Below are positions 9,419 through 19,095 of a stretch of DNA of 64,000 bases, piece by piece. Source of the stretch: an uncultured Candidatus Rokubacteria bacterium (GTDB lineage: Bacteria; Methylomirabilota; Methylomirabilia; Rokubacteriales; DASRDR01); NCBI GenBank assembly GCA_963826115.1, contig CAWGVS010000005.1, positions 1,792,001 through 1,856,000 of the forward strand, read 5' to 3'. Both the position numbers and the translations under genes were made by a program. The notes below the pieces were generated by a model. That model was not told the DNA's origin. It made no database searches and saw only the letters and a program-made list of their open reading frames with translations. Each line of letters starts with the position of its first letter. The stretch's first letter is position 1.

Positions 9419-10894
9419 CTACCGCAGGTTCTTCTTGAGGATCTTGCCGGTCGGGCTCTTGGGGAGGGCGGCCAGGAACTCCACCACGACCGGCACCTTG
9501 TAGGAGGCGAGCCGCCCCCGGCACCGGTCGACGAGATCCTCGGCCGTGGCCGAGTGCCCCGGCCGGAGGACCACGCAGGCCCGCACGACCTCGCCCTTGA
9601 TCGGGTCGGGCCGGCCCAGCACCGCGACCTCGGCCACCGCCGGGTGCTCGAAGAGCACCTCCTCGACCTCCCGCGGGAACACCTTGAACCCCGCGACGTT
9701 GACCATGTCCTTCACGCGGTCGACGACGTAGAAGTAGCCGTCCTCGTCGCGCCGGCCGATGTCGCCGGAGTGGAGCCACCCCCCGCGCAGGGTCCACGCG
9801 GTGTCATCCGGCTTCCCCAGGTACCCCCGCATCACGTTGGGCCCACGGATCACGATCTCGCCGAGCGTGCCGTCGGGTACCTCGCGGTCCTGCTCGTCCA
9901 CCACCCGCACCTCCACGTTCTCGATCGGCGTGCCCACCGACCCGGGCCGGGGGCTGTGCTCGTGGTTGTACGTGGCGAACGGCGAGCTCTCCGTCAGTCC
10001 GTATCCCTGGGACACCGGCAGCCCGGTCGCCGCGGTCCAGCGCGCCTCGACCTCGGCCGGCAGCATGGCCGCGGCCGAGAACGAGAGCCGGAGCGACGAG
10101 AGGTCGTGGGCGGCGAGGTCGCCGGACAGGAGGACGATGTACATGGTCGGCACGGCATAGAGGATCGTGATGCGATGCCGCGCGATCGCAGCCAGGAACT
10201 CCGCCGGAACAAACCGCTCCTGCAGGATCAGGGTCCCGCCCGCGGCCACGAGCGTGTTCATGATGAAGTTCTGCCCGAAGCAGTGGAACAGCGGCAGCGC
10301 GCACAGCCCCGAGTCGCCCGGGACCATGCGGAGGTGATGGGCCGTCGCGTTGACGTTCGACACGACGTTCGCGTGCGTCAGCATGACGCCCTTGGGCCGT
10401 CCGGTGGTGGCCGAGGTGTAGAGGATGGCCGCGAGGCCCTCGCGGTCGCCGTCGACGGCCCGCGTCGGCGGATCGGCGGCGAGGGCCTCGAAGCCGATCG
10501 CGCCCGGCCCCCCCGTGCCCACGCGTACGCGGACGGTCGGCGTCGTCCCGGCCTCCGGAAGCTGGGCGGCGAACGGCGGCGCGCTCAGGATCGCCGCCGC
10601 CTCGCTGTCCTCGATGATGTAGCGGAGCTCCTCGCGCGCGTAGGTGACGTTCAGGGCGACCGGCGTGACCCCGAGCTTCTGGCATCCGTAGTAGGCGAGG
10701 ACGAACTCCGGGCGGTTCGCGAGATGGAGACACACCCGCTCGCCCGGCCGGAGCCCGGCGCGGGCGAGGCCGGCCGCCACCCGGCCGGCCTCGCGATCGA
10801 GCTCTCCGTAGGAGAGGACGCGCTCCCCGAAGACGACCGCCGGCAGCGCGGGAGCTCGGCGGGCGGTCGCCTCCAGGAAGTGCGCGACGTTCAT
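9419..10894 (-). CDS. Long-chain-fatty-acid--CoA ligase (ANL family)
   Basis: YTSATTGRPKG, QGYGLTE, GWLHSGD and LPKSPTGKILK. ATG 10894 overlaps the upstream stop. Confidence 0.93.
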   Translation of the reverse strand: MNVAHFLEATARRAPALPAVVFGERVLSYGELDREAGRVAAGLARAGLRPGERVCLHLANRPEFVLAYYGCQKLGVTPVALNVTYAREELRYIIEDSEAAAILSAPPFAAQLPEAGTTPTVRVRVGTGGPGAIGFEALAADPPTRAVDGDREGLAAILYTSATTGRPKGVMLTHANVVSNVNATAHHLRMVPGDSGLCALPLFHCFGQNFIMNTLVAAGGTLILQERFVPAEFLAAIARHRITILYAVPTMYIVLLSGDLAAHDLSSLRLSFSAAAMLPAEVEARWTAATGLPVSQGYGLTESSPFATYNHEHSPRPGSVGTPIENVEVRVVDEQDREVPDGTLGEIVIRGPNVMRGYLGKPDDTAWTLRGGWLHSGDIGRRDEDGYFYVVDRVKDMVNVAGFKVFPREVEEVLFEHPAVAEVAVLGRPDPIKGEVVRACVVLRPGHSATAEDLVDRCRGRLASYKVPVVVEFLAALPKSPTGKILKKNLR

Positions 10895-11391
10895 CCGAGG
10901 AGGGCGCGGATCTCGGCGGCCGCCGAGCGCTGCCACTCGGCCGAGTGCTCGGCGCGCAGCGCGCGGCGGAGCTCCAGCTGCTTCTGGTCCATGAACTCCG
11001 TGATCTTGGGCGGGCGCTCCGTGAAGCGGGCGAGCTCGCGCATGCTCTCGTCGAAGAACACGAAGACCGGAATCGACTTGTAGATCCCCCGGTTCAGGTA
11101 CTGGTCCATGAGGTCCGGGTTCTGGTCGCGGAGGAAGACCCGCATCTCGACGTTCGGCGCCCCCTCCACCATGCGGGCGAGCACCGGGAAGTTCGTCAGC
11201 GCGTCCCCGCACCAGTCCTCGGTGATGACGAGGACGTGGAGCTTCTCGTGCCGGCCGACGAACACCGCCCGATCCTCGGGCGTGACGCGCACTCCCGCCA
11301 GCGTCTCCGTGAACTTGTCCTTGTTGGTCGTCATCTGGTCGAGATACTGCTGAAACGTCATGCCCTGGGCGAAGCGCTGCTTGGTGACCAT
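10891..11391 (-). CDS. Thioredoxin-like protein (WCGD type)
   Basis: TEDWCGD, RDQNPDLMDQYL and SIPVFVF motifs; AAGGAG RBS. Confidence 0.88.
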   Translation of the reverse strand: MVTKQRFAQGMTFQQYLDQMTTNKDKFTETLAGVRVTPEDRAVFVGRHEKLHVLVITEDWCGDALTNFPVLARMVEGAPNVEMRVFLRDQNPDLMDQYLNRGIYKSIPVFVFFDESMRELARFTERPPKITEFMDQKQLELRRALRAEHSAEWQRSAAAEIRALLG

Positions 11392-11407
11392 GCGAGCGGG
11401 TCTCCTT

Positions 11408-11453
11408 CCATCATTGGCCATCATTGGCCATCATCACATGGCCATCATTGGCC
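11408..11453. repeat. Short tandem repeat of CCATCATTGG (3 perfect copies and 1 variant)
   Basis: ccatcattgg ccatcattgg ccatcatcacatgg ccatcattgg cc, read directly. Confidence 0.85.
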
Positions 11454-11497
11454 TTGGATTGCCCCGCGAGCGGGTCCGAGCGTCGCGGGGGGCGGTG

Positions 11498-12127
11498 TCA
11501 GCGGAACTTGCCGAAGTCCAGCTTGGCGCGCAGGACCTCCTTCTGCTCGGGCGGCGCGTCGCGCACGACCAGCGTCACGACGCCCGTCGCCGGGAGCCCC
11601 TCGAGCGGGAACACGTAGACGTTGCGCGCCGCGAGCCGGCCGTCCTCCTCGCGGATCGGCGTGCGCTCGTTCTGCACGAACGCCGCCTTGATCTCGTTGC
11701 CGTTCACGAGGAGGACGGGCTGGTAGAAGCGCGCGAAGCTCCGGGACGGCCCGCCCCGCATGGTGACCAGGAGCTGGATCCGTCCCTTGCCGCGGTCGAT
11801 CTGGTCCTTCCGCTGCTTCTCGGTCATCGACTCGCTCTTCATGGCGGTCTGCCGGGACGCCAGCGCGAGCCGCGAGAACGGCGTGCTGATGACGATGTCC
11901 TCGCCGCCGGGGAGCCGGAGCTGCCACTCCTCCGCGAAGTCTTCCTGCGTGATCGCCGCGATGCCCGCGTCGACCGCCTCCTTGATCCCGCTCTCGTTCA
12001 GGTCACCCATCAGCGCGGGCGCCGAGGCCGGCGCGCCGTGGAGCCACAGAAGCGCGAGAGCGAGCGCGGCCGGCAGCGGGCGACGCCGGCGCCCCGCCTC
12101 CCCGCGATCGGGCCGCACGCGCGTCAC
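11498..12127 (-). CDS. Hypothetical secreted/periplasmic protein
   Basis: GTG start overlaps the corA stop; signal-peptide-like ALALALLWL...ASA; coding-like composition. Confidence 0.75.
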   Translation of the reverse strand: MTRVRPDRGEAGRRRRPLPAALALALLWLHGAPASAPALMGDLNESGIKEAVDAGIAAITQEDFAEEWQLRLPGGEDIVISTPFSRLALASRQTAMKSESMTEKQRKDQIDRGKGRIQLLVTMRGGPSRSFARFYQPVLLVNGNEIKAAFVQNERTPIREEDGRLAARNVYVFPLEGLPATGVVTLVVRDAPPEQKEVLRAKLDFGKFR

Positions 12128-13092
12128 AGCCAGTCGGATCGCTTGAAGAACATGAAGGCTCCCGCCGAGAGCGCGACCATCAGGATCGTGGCCGCGCCGA
12201 TGCCCCACGGTTGTTTGAGCCACGGCATCACCTCGAAGTTCATGCCGAAGTACCCGGAGACGACGGTGAAAGGCAGACCGATCATGGCCAGGGCGGTCAG
12301 CCGCTTCATGACGGCGCTCATGCGGTTCGAGGCCTGGGACAGGTAGCTCTCCAGCAGGCCGCCCACGATGTCGCGGTTGGTCTCGAGCTCGTCGAGGAGG
12401 CGGAGCACGTGGTCGTAGGCGTCGCGGAAGAACGGGCGGAGATCCTCGTCCACGTAGGGGACGCCGGCCATGAGGTTCGCCACCACCTCCCGGAGGGGCG
12501 CCAGGCTCCGGCGGAGCGCCACCAGCTCCTTCCGCGTCGCGAAGATGCGCTCGAGCAGATCGTCGCCCGGGCGCCGGAAGACCTCGTCCTCCAGGCTCTC
12601 GATGCGGTCCTCGACCGCGTCCATGATCGGGAAGTAGGAGTCGATCACGTGGTCGAGCAGGTGGTGGAGCAGGCGGTCCGGGCCGGACTTCAGGAGCTCC
12701 GGGTGCTTCCGTAGCCGCTCGATGGCCGTCCCCACACCGCCCATCGGCCGGGAGTGCACCGTGACGATGAGGTGGCGGTTCAGGAAAATGGAGAGCGGGA
12801 TGAGGTCGAGCGCGGTGGCCCCGGGGTTGTGGTTGATCCCCCGCGTGACGACGAAGAGGAAGTTGTCGTACTCCTCGATCTTGGGTCGGGTCTCCTGGTT
12901 CTGCGCGTCCTCGATCGCGAGCGGGTGAATGCCGAACAGCCCCTCCAGCGCGCAGATCTCTTCGGTCGACGGCGCCTCGAGGTCCAGCCAGCCCACCGTG
13001 CCCGGGTCACCGAGCGCCTCGGCGACCTGCTGGGCGTCGAGCCCTTCCTCCAGGACTCCGGATTCGCGACGGACGACCCCGAAGTACCCCAT
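12124..13092 (-). CDS. corA: Magnesium/cobalt transporter CorA
   Basis: HPLAIED, RPKIEEY, GYFGMNF signature and two C-terminal TM helices. Confidence 0.93.
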   Translation of the reverse strand: MGYFGVVRRESGVLEEGLDAQQVAEALGDPGTVGWLDLEAPSTEEICALEGLFGIHPLAIEDAQNQETRPKIEEYDNFLFVVTRGINHNPGATALDLIPLSIFLNRHLIVTVHSRPMGGVGTAIERLRKHPELLKSGPDRLLHHLLDHVIDSYFPIMDAVEDRIESLEDEVFRRPGDDLLERIFATRKELVALRRSLAPLREVVANLMAGVPYVDEDLRPFFRDAYDHVLRLLDELETNRDIVGGLLESYLSQASNRMSAVMKRLTALAMIGLPFTVVSGYFGMNFEVMPWLKQPWGIGAATILMVALSAGAFMFFKRSDWL

Positions 13093-13093
13093 C

Positions 13094-14452
13094 TCACGGC
13101 GTCCCGATGCCGATGAGGGGCAGGTCCCCGACCAGGGCGAGGCTCATCCCGTCCGGATCCCAGTGGGAGCGCACGGCGCGCAGCACGTCGTCGGCGGTGA
13201 CCGCGGTGACCGCCTGGCGAAACCGCTCCGGGTAGTCGAGCCCGAGGTCGAACCGCTCGATCGCGACGAGGAGGTCCGACACGTCGGCGGCGGTGTCCAT
13301 CCGCAGCGGAAAGCTCCCGACGAGGTACGACTGCGCGCGCGCCAGCTCCTCGGCCGAGACCCGCTCGCGGCGGAGGCGCACCAGCTCCTCCCGGAGGATC
13401 GCCAGCGCCTCGCGGACCCGCGCGTTCTCGCTCTGCAGCTCGACCAGGAAGAGGCCGGCGAGCGGGCCCGGCGCGAACTGGGCGTACACGTTGTACGCGA
13501 GACCGCGCTCCTCCCGCACCCGCGCGTACAGCCGCGACGTGGAGCCGCCACCGAGGATCTGGCTCGCCACGACGAGCGGGTAGAAGTCGGGGTGCTTCCG
13601 CGTCACCGTGGCCTGACCGAGGAAGATCGTCGCCTGCGCGAGGGTCCGCTGCACGGTCTCGGTGCGTGACGACCGGCCGAGCGCCGCGGGCCCGGGCGCG
13701 GGAGGCGGGGCCCCGGACACCCGCCAGGCGCCGAGGCGGGCCTCGAGCTCCGCCCGGACCGCCGCGGCGCCGACGTCGCCGGCGACGGCGATGACCGTCC
13801 GCTCGGGACGGTACGCCACGCGGTGGAACGCCACCACGTCGTCCCGCGTGATCGCGCGCAGCGTGGCCTCGGTTCCCGGGACCGGCCGGCCGTAGGGGTG
13901 CTCGCCAAAGACCAGCCGGCGCAGGACGCGGGCCCCCACGGCCTCCGGGTCCTCCTCCGCCTGGCGCGCCGAGGCGAGCGCCTCGTCGCGCGCCCGCTCG
14001 AACTCGGCCTCCGGAAACGCGGGACGCAGGAGGGCGTCGGCCAGGAGGTCGAGGCCGAGACCCAGGTCCTTCCGCAGCACGGAAAGGACTAGCTCGCTCG
14101 AGTCCCGCCCTCCCTCCCCTTCCAGGCTGCCGCCCACGAGCTCGATCGCGCGATCGGCGTCGAGCGCCGAGCGGGTCGCGGTGCCCCGGGTCAGGAGCTG
14201 CGCGGTCAGGCTGGCGACGCCGGACTTGTCGGCGGGATCGAGCGCCGCGCCTGCCTCCACGGATGCCCGGACGACGGCGATCGGGAGGCCGGGCCGCTCG
14301 GCGACGAGGACCGCGACGCCGTTCGGCAGCGTGAAGCGGGTCCACGGCGCGGGCACGGCGGCCGGCGGCGGCAGCGTCTGCGGGCCGGCCGGCGCAGCCG
14401 CCGCCACCACCGCGGCGGTCAGGAGAACGCCTCCCACGGCGGCCCGGCGCAT
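13094..14452 (-). CDS. M16 (insulinase) family protein, non-catalytic subunit
   Basis: TLPNG, HPYG and ILGGG.TSRLY..VREERGLAY motifs; lacks HXXEH. Confidence 0.9.
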   Translation of the reverse strand: MRRAAVGGVLLTAAVVAAAAPAGPQTLPPPAAVPAPWTRFTLPNGVAVLVAERPGLPIAVVRASVEAGAALDPADKSGVASLTAQLLTRGTATRSALDADRAIELVGGSLEGEGGRDSSELVLSVLRKDLGLGLDLLADALLRPAFPEAEFERARDEALASARQAEEDPEAVGARVLRRLVFGEHPYGRPVPGTEATLRAITRDDVVAFHRVAYRPERTVIAVAGDVGAAAVRAELEARLGAWRVSGAPPPAPGPAALGRSSRTETVQRTLAQATIFLGQATVTRKHPDFYPLVVASQILGGGSTSRLYARVREERGLAYNVYAQFAPGPLAGLFLVELQSENARVREALAILREELVRLRRERVSAEELARAQSYLVGSFPLRMDTAADVSDLLVAIERFDLGLDYPERFRQAVTAVTADDVLRAVRSHWDPDGMSLALVGDLPLIGIGTP

Positions 14453-14503
14453 GGCGGCATTATACCGGCTCCGTCCGCGCAGGGCCGGCGCAGCGCCGCG
14501 ACC

Positions 14504-15460
14504 TTACCGGTCCAGGAGCTCGAGCACGGGCGCGAATGCCTCGAGGCTCTCCAGCGTGTTCGGCTCGAGCCAGAGCTGCACGTGGCTGATGCCCTCGCGC
14601 GCGTAGGCCCGGAGCTCCTCGGCCAGGCGCTCCGGCGGCCCACTGAGCGGCTCGAAGGTCCAGTGGGGCGGAAGCGGCGGTGACGCCTTCCCCCCCGGCG
14701 CCATGTCGACGAACACGGCCGCGGTGCGACCGACCGTCGCCGGCTCGCGGCCCGCCTGGCGGCAGGCCGCGTCGACCCGGTCGCGGAGCGGGGCGACGCC
14801 CGACGGGCGGTTCTTGGTCGGCGTGAAGTAGGCGTTCCACAGATCGCCGTACCGGGCCAAGAGCCCGAGCATGCGCTCGCCGGTCGACCCGATGAGGATG
14901 GGCGGCCCGCCGGGTCTCGGGCCCCGGGGCTCGAGCACGCACTCGCGGGCCTCGTAGTACTGCCCGACGAAGTCGACCTTCCCGTGACGCAGGAGCCCGT
15001 GGACGATGCGGAGTCCTTCCTCGAAGCGGCTCACCCGGTGGTCGAACGGGAACCCGAAGGCGCGGTACTCGGTCTCGTGCCAGCCCGCGCCGAGCCCGAG
15101 GATCAGCCGGCCCCCGGAGATCTCCTCGACCGTGTCGGCAAGCTTCGCCAGGTAGGCGGGATTCCGGAACGACATGCAGGAGACCAGCGGCCCGATCTCG
15201 ACGCGCGAGGTCACCGCCGCGACCGCGGCGATGAGCGCCCACCCCTCCCAGACGCCCTGGTCCGGCTTTCCCGCGTGCCGGAACAACAGGTGGTCCTCGA
15301 TCCACACGGAGTCGAATCCGGTCTCCTCGGCGCGGCGCGCCATCAGGCTGATGTCCGACCAGCGCGGCGTGCCGAAGCGCCCCTTGTCCACGGCGAGCGG
15401 CAGCTCCACCCCGACCTTCAGCGGTCGTCGTCTCACAGGGTTCAACGGGTCTCCCTCCAT
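14504..15460 (-). CDS. LLM-class flavin-dependent oxidoreductase
   Basis: GFDSVWIEDH, ISGGRLILGLGAGW and PPILIG. True start about ATG 15460, not 16561. Confidence 0.9.
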   Translation of the reverse strand: MEGDPLNPVRRRPLKVGVELPLAVDKGRFGTPRWSDISLMARRAEETGFDSVWIEDHLLFRHAGKPDQGVWEGWALIAAVAAVTSRVEIGPLVSCMSFRNPAYLAKLADTVEEISGGRLILGLGAGWHETEYRAFGFPFDHRVSRFEEGLRIVHGLLRHGKVDFVGQYYEARECVLEPRGPRPGGPPILIGSTGERMLGLLARYGDLWNAYFTPTKNRPSGVAPLRDRVDAACRQAGREPATVGRTAAVFVDMAPGGKASPPLPPHWTFEPLSGPPERLAEELRAYAREGISHVQLWLEPNTLESLEAFAPVLELLDR

Positions 15461-15474
15461 CCGTCCCGCCGCGC

Positions 15475-16581
15475 TCAGTCGAGCGACTTGCGGAAGCGCA
15501 GCACCGCCAGGGTGAAGATCACGGCGCCGAACGCGACCAGGGGCCACACGTCGGGCCAGAGGTCGGCCAGTCCGATGCCCTTCAGCACGATCCCGCGGAT
15601 GATGCGCAAAAAGTACGTGATCGGCAAGATGCGCGCGAAGTACTGCGCCGGCTCGGGCATGCCTTCCAGGGGGAACAGGAGGCCCGACAGGTAGATCGAC
15701 GGCAGGATGGCCAGGAAGCCCAGCTGCATCGCCTGGGGGACGGTGCGGGACATCGTCGACACGTAGATGCCGATCCCGAGCGTGCCGAGCATGAAGACGG
15801 CGGACAGCGCGTAGAGGAGGGCGACGCTGCCCCGGATCGGCACCGCGAACACGTAGTGCGCGACGACCAGGGCCAGGGTCATCTGGCCGTAGGCGACCAG
15901 GAGGTTCGGCAGGATCTTCCCGAGCATGATCTCCCAGCGCTTCAGCGGGCTCACCACCAGCGCCTCGAGCGTGCCCCGCTCGCGCTCGCGGACGACCGCG
16001 ACCGCCATGATCGTGATGGTCGTCTGCATCAGGAGCGCGCCGATCAGCCCCGGCACGATGAAGAGCGCCGACTCCTGGTCGGGGTTGTACCAGGCGCGGA
16101 TGCGCACATCGAGCCCGCCCCCGGTGTCGACCCCCGCGCGGCGCAGGAGCTCGATCGAGCGGTCGAGGCCCAGAGCGGTCGCCGCGTTGACGGCGGAGAC
16201 CGCCACCTGGGGGTCCGACGCGTCCACGATGACCTGGATGGTCGCGGCGCTCCGGCCGCGGAGCCGCTCCGAGAAATCGGGGGGAATCACGATCCCGACC
16301 TTCGCGTCCCCGCGGTCGATCAGGCGGGCGACCTCGTCGAGGGACCGCGCCTGGAAGCGGAGCGCGAAGTAGCGCGTGTTCTGGAACGCCTCGAGGAGCT
16401 TCCGGGACTCGACGTCCCGCGCCTGGTCGAGCACCACGGTCGGGAGGTTCCTGACGTCGGTGTTGATGGCGTAGCCGAAGATGAAGAGGAGGGCAACCGG
16501 GATGATCAGCGCGAGCGAGAGCGACATCGGGTCGCGCCGGAGCTGGACCATCTCCTTCCACATCATCCCGAGGAGCCGCAT
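15475..16581 (-). CDS. ABC-2 type efflux permease (YbhR/YbhS-like)
   Basis: KEMVQLRRD, WYNPD, RERERGTLE and LSGLLFPLEGMP motifs. Confidence 0.93.
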   Translation of the reverse strand: MRLLGMMWKEMVQLRRDPMSLSLALIIPVALLFIFGYAINTDVRNLPTVVLDQARDVESRKLLEAFQNTRYFALRFQARSLDEVARLIDRGDAKVGIVIPPDFSERLRGRSAATIQVIVDASDPQVAVSAVNAATALGLDRSIELLRRAGVDTGGGLDVRIRAWYNPDQESALFIVPGLIGALLMQTTITIMAVAVVRERERGTLEALVVSPLKRWEIMLGKILPNLLVAYGQMTLALVVAHYVFAVPIRGSVALLYALSAVFMLGTLGIGIYVSTMSRTVPQAMQLGFLAILPSIYLSGLLFPLEGMPEPAQYFARILPITYFLRIIRGIVLKGIGLADLWPDVWPLVAFGAVIFTLAVLRFRKSLD

Positions 16582-16585
16582 CGGG

Positions 16586-17554
16586 TCAGAAGGCCCCGAG
16601 CTGCCGCCGCAGCCGGGCCTTCCGCTCCTTGTCCACGAAGGAGATGAACACGTCCTCGACCGTCGGGGCGACCGCGCGCGCCGTCGCCTCGACCCCGGCG
16701 ACCCGCAGGCGGTCGACCACCGCCTCCGCGGCGAGACCGCGCTCGGCCGACACCAGGCGGACGATCGGGCCGTAGCGGACCGCCTCCTCGACGGCCGGCC
16801 AGTCGGCGAGGACGTCGATCGCCCGCTGGGGCTCCGCGGTCTCCACCTGGAACACCGGCCGGCCGAACGTCTCGGTCTTGATCGCGGCCGGTGTGCCCTG
16901 GGCGATCAGCCGTCCCTGGTAGATGAAGCCCAGCCGGTCGCAGTGCTCGGCCTCGTCCATGTAGTGGGTCGTGACCACGACCGTGACCCCGCTGTCGGCG
17001 AGTCGGCGGATCAGCTCCCAGAACGTGCGACGCGACACCGGATCGACGCCCGCGGTCGGCTCGTCGAGGAACATGAGCTTCGGGGAGTGGACGAGCGCGC
17101 AGGCGAGGGCGAGCCGCTGCCGGTAGCCGCCCGACAGCTGCCCGGCCAGGGCGTCCTCGCGGCCGACCAGGTCGGCCAGCTGGATCATCCGGTCGATCCG
17201 CTCCCGCCGGGCCCGCCCCGGAACGCCGTACACCATGGCGTAGAAGACCAGGTTCTCGGCCGCCGACAGGTCGTCGTAGAGCGAGAAGCGCTGCGACATG
17301 TAGCCGATCGCGGCCTTGATGCGCTCGGGCTCCCGGCGGAGGTCGATCCCGAGCACGCGCCCCGAGCCCTCGGTCGGCTCGAGGATGCCGCACAGCATCC
17401 GGAGGGTCGTGGACTTCCCCGCGCCGTTCGGACCGAGGAAGCCGTAGAGCTCGCCCGCCTCGACCCGCAGGTCGACGTGGTCGACCGCGGTGAAGGCGCC
17501 GAAGCGCTTGGTGAGCCCCTGGGTCAGGACCGCCGGCTCGGCCGCCGTCGTCAT
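16586..17554 (-). CDS. ABC efflux transporter ATP-binding protein (YbhF-like)
   Basis: GPNGAGKST, LSGG, LDEPT and TTHYMDEAE motifs. Confidence 0.95.
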   Translation of the reverse strand: MTTAAEPAVLTQGLTKRFGAFTAVDHVDLRVEAGELYGFLGPNGAGKSTTLRMLCGILEPTEGSGRVLGIDLRREPERIKAAIGYMSQRFSLYDDLSAAENLVFYAMVYGVPGRARRERIDRMIQLADLVGREDALAGQLSGGYRQRLALACALVHSPKLMFLDEPTAGVDPVSRRTFWELIRRLADSGVTVVVTTHYMDEAEHCDRLGFIYQGRLIAQGTPAAIKTETFGRPVFQVETAEPQRAIDVLADWPAVEEAVRYGPIVRLVSAERGLAAEAVVDRLRVAGVEATARAVAPTVEDVFISFVDKERKARLRRQLGAF

Positions 17555-17586
17555 TCGAGGGGCAGCGCGCGTGCTGGGAGTCGGGA

Positions 17587-19080
17587 CTACGCGTCCGCGA
17601 CGGTGACCGGAAGCATTCCGAGGCGGAGCGCCTCGGCCCGGAGGATCTCCCAGGCCCGGAGCACGTGGCGCTCCTCGGTCCGGATGTTGCCGATGGCGAG
17701 GCGCAGCGAGTACCCTCCGCCCAGTACCACGTGCGACAGGAACGCCTCACCCGAGGCGTTCACGCCCTCGAGGAGCCGCTCGTTGAGCGCGTTGAGCCGC
17801 GGGTCGTCGATCGCCCAGGCCCGGGGCCGGAGCCGGAACACCACGGTGCTGAACGGGACGGGCGCGATCCGCTCCCAGTCCGGATCCTCGTCGACCCACG
17901 AGGCGAACAGCCGGCCGAGCCGCATGTGCTCGCGGAGCCGCGTCTCGATGCCGGAGCGCCCGAACGCGCGGAGCACCATCCACAGCTTGAGCGCCCGGAA
18001 GCGGCGGCCGAGCTGCGGGCCCCAGTCCATGTAGTTCTCGACCGTGCTCCCCTCCGGCGTCTGCAGGAACGAGGCCGCCAGTGTGAACGCGCGCTTCAGC
18101 ACGTCCGGCCGCCGGCAGTACAGGACCGAGCAGTCGATCGGAGTGAAGAGCCACTTGTGCGGGTTCACGACGATCGAGTCGGCTCGGTCGCATCCGGCCA
18201 GCACCTCGCGCCGCTCGGGCACGATGGCCGCGACCCCGCCGTACGCGGCGTCGATGTGAAGCCAGAGCCCCTCGCGGGCGGCGATGTCGGCCACGGCCGG
18301 CACCGGGTCGATGCTGGTCGTCCCGGTCGTGCCGACCGTCGCGCACACGGCCACGGGTCGCCAGCCGGCCGCCCGGTCCTCGGCCACCGCGCGGGCGAGC
18401 GCGGCCGGGTCCATCCGGAACTCGGCGTCGGTCGGGATCTTCCGCACGCCGTCGCGGCCGAAGCCGAGGATGATCGCGCCCTTCTCGACGGAGTTGTGGG
18501 CCTGCTCCGACGTGTAGACGCGGAGCCGCGGGACGTCCCGGCGCCCGGCCATCCCCTGCTCCCGCACGTCGAGGCCGGCGGCCTCGCGGGCCGCGGCGAG
18601 CGCGCAGAGCGTCGAGATGGACGCGGTGTCGTAGATGACGCCGTGGAAGGCGGCGGGCAGGCCGAGGAGCTTCCGCAGCCAGCCGAGCACGACCTCCTCC
18701 AGCTCGGTCGCCGCCGGCGAGGTGCGCCACAGCATGGCGTTGACGTTCAGTCCCGCGCACAGGAGCTCGCCGATGATGCCGGGCGCGGAGCCGCTGATGG
18801 AGAAGTAGGCGAAGAAGCCCGGGTGGTTCCAGTGGGTGATGCCGGGGACGACCACACGGTCGAAGTCGGCAAGCATGCGCTCGAGGGGCTCGGGGTCGTC
18901 CGGCGCCGTCTCGGGCAACGCGCCGCGGACATCCCCCGGCTTCACGCGGGCCAGCACCGGGTACCGCTCCGGCGCCGCCAGGAACCGCGCGATCCAGTCC
19001 ACCGCCGCGTAACCCTGCCGCCGGAACTCCTCGGGGTCGACGTCGCCGAGAGGTCCCGCCACCGTCCCGTCGCTGCCCAT
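17587..19080 (-). CDS. Aromatic-L-amino-acid decarboxylase (group II PLP decarboxylase)
   Basis: PGITHWNHP.FFAYF, SPAATELE, HIDAAYGG, NPHKW and LGRRFRALKLW motifs. Confidence 0.92.
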   Translation of the reverse strand: MGSDGTVAGPLGDVDPEEFRRQGYAAVDWIARFLAAPERYPVLARVKPGDVRGALPETAPDDPEPLERMLADFDRVVVPGITHWNHPGFFAYFSISGSAPGIIGELLCAGLNVNAMLWRTSPAATELEEVVLGWLRKLLGLPAAFHGVIYDTASISTLCALAAAREAAGLDVREQGMAGRRDVPRLRVYTSEQAHNSVEKGAIILGFGRDGVRKIPTDAEFRMDPAALARAVAEDRAAGWRPVAVCATVGTTGTTSIDPVPAVADIAAREGLWLHIDAAYGGVAAIVPERREVLAGCDRADSIVVNPHKWLFTPIDCSVLYCRRPDVLKRAFTLAASFLQTPEGSTVENYMDWGPQLGRRFRALKLWMVLRAFGRSGIETRLREHMRLGRLFASWVDEDPDWERIAPVPFSTVVFRLRPRAWAIDDPRLNALNERLLEGVNASGEAFLSHVVLGGGYSLRLAIGNIRTEERHVLRAWEILRAEALRLGMLPVTVADA

Positions 19081-19095
19081 CCGTCCCACCTCCAC

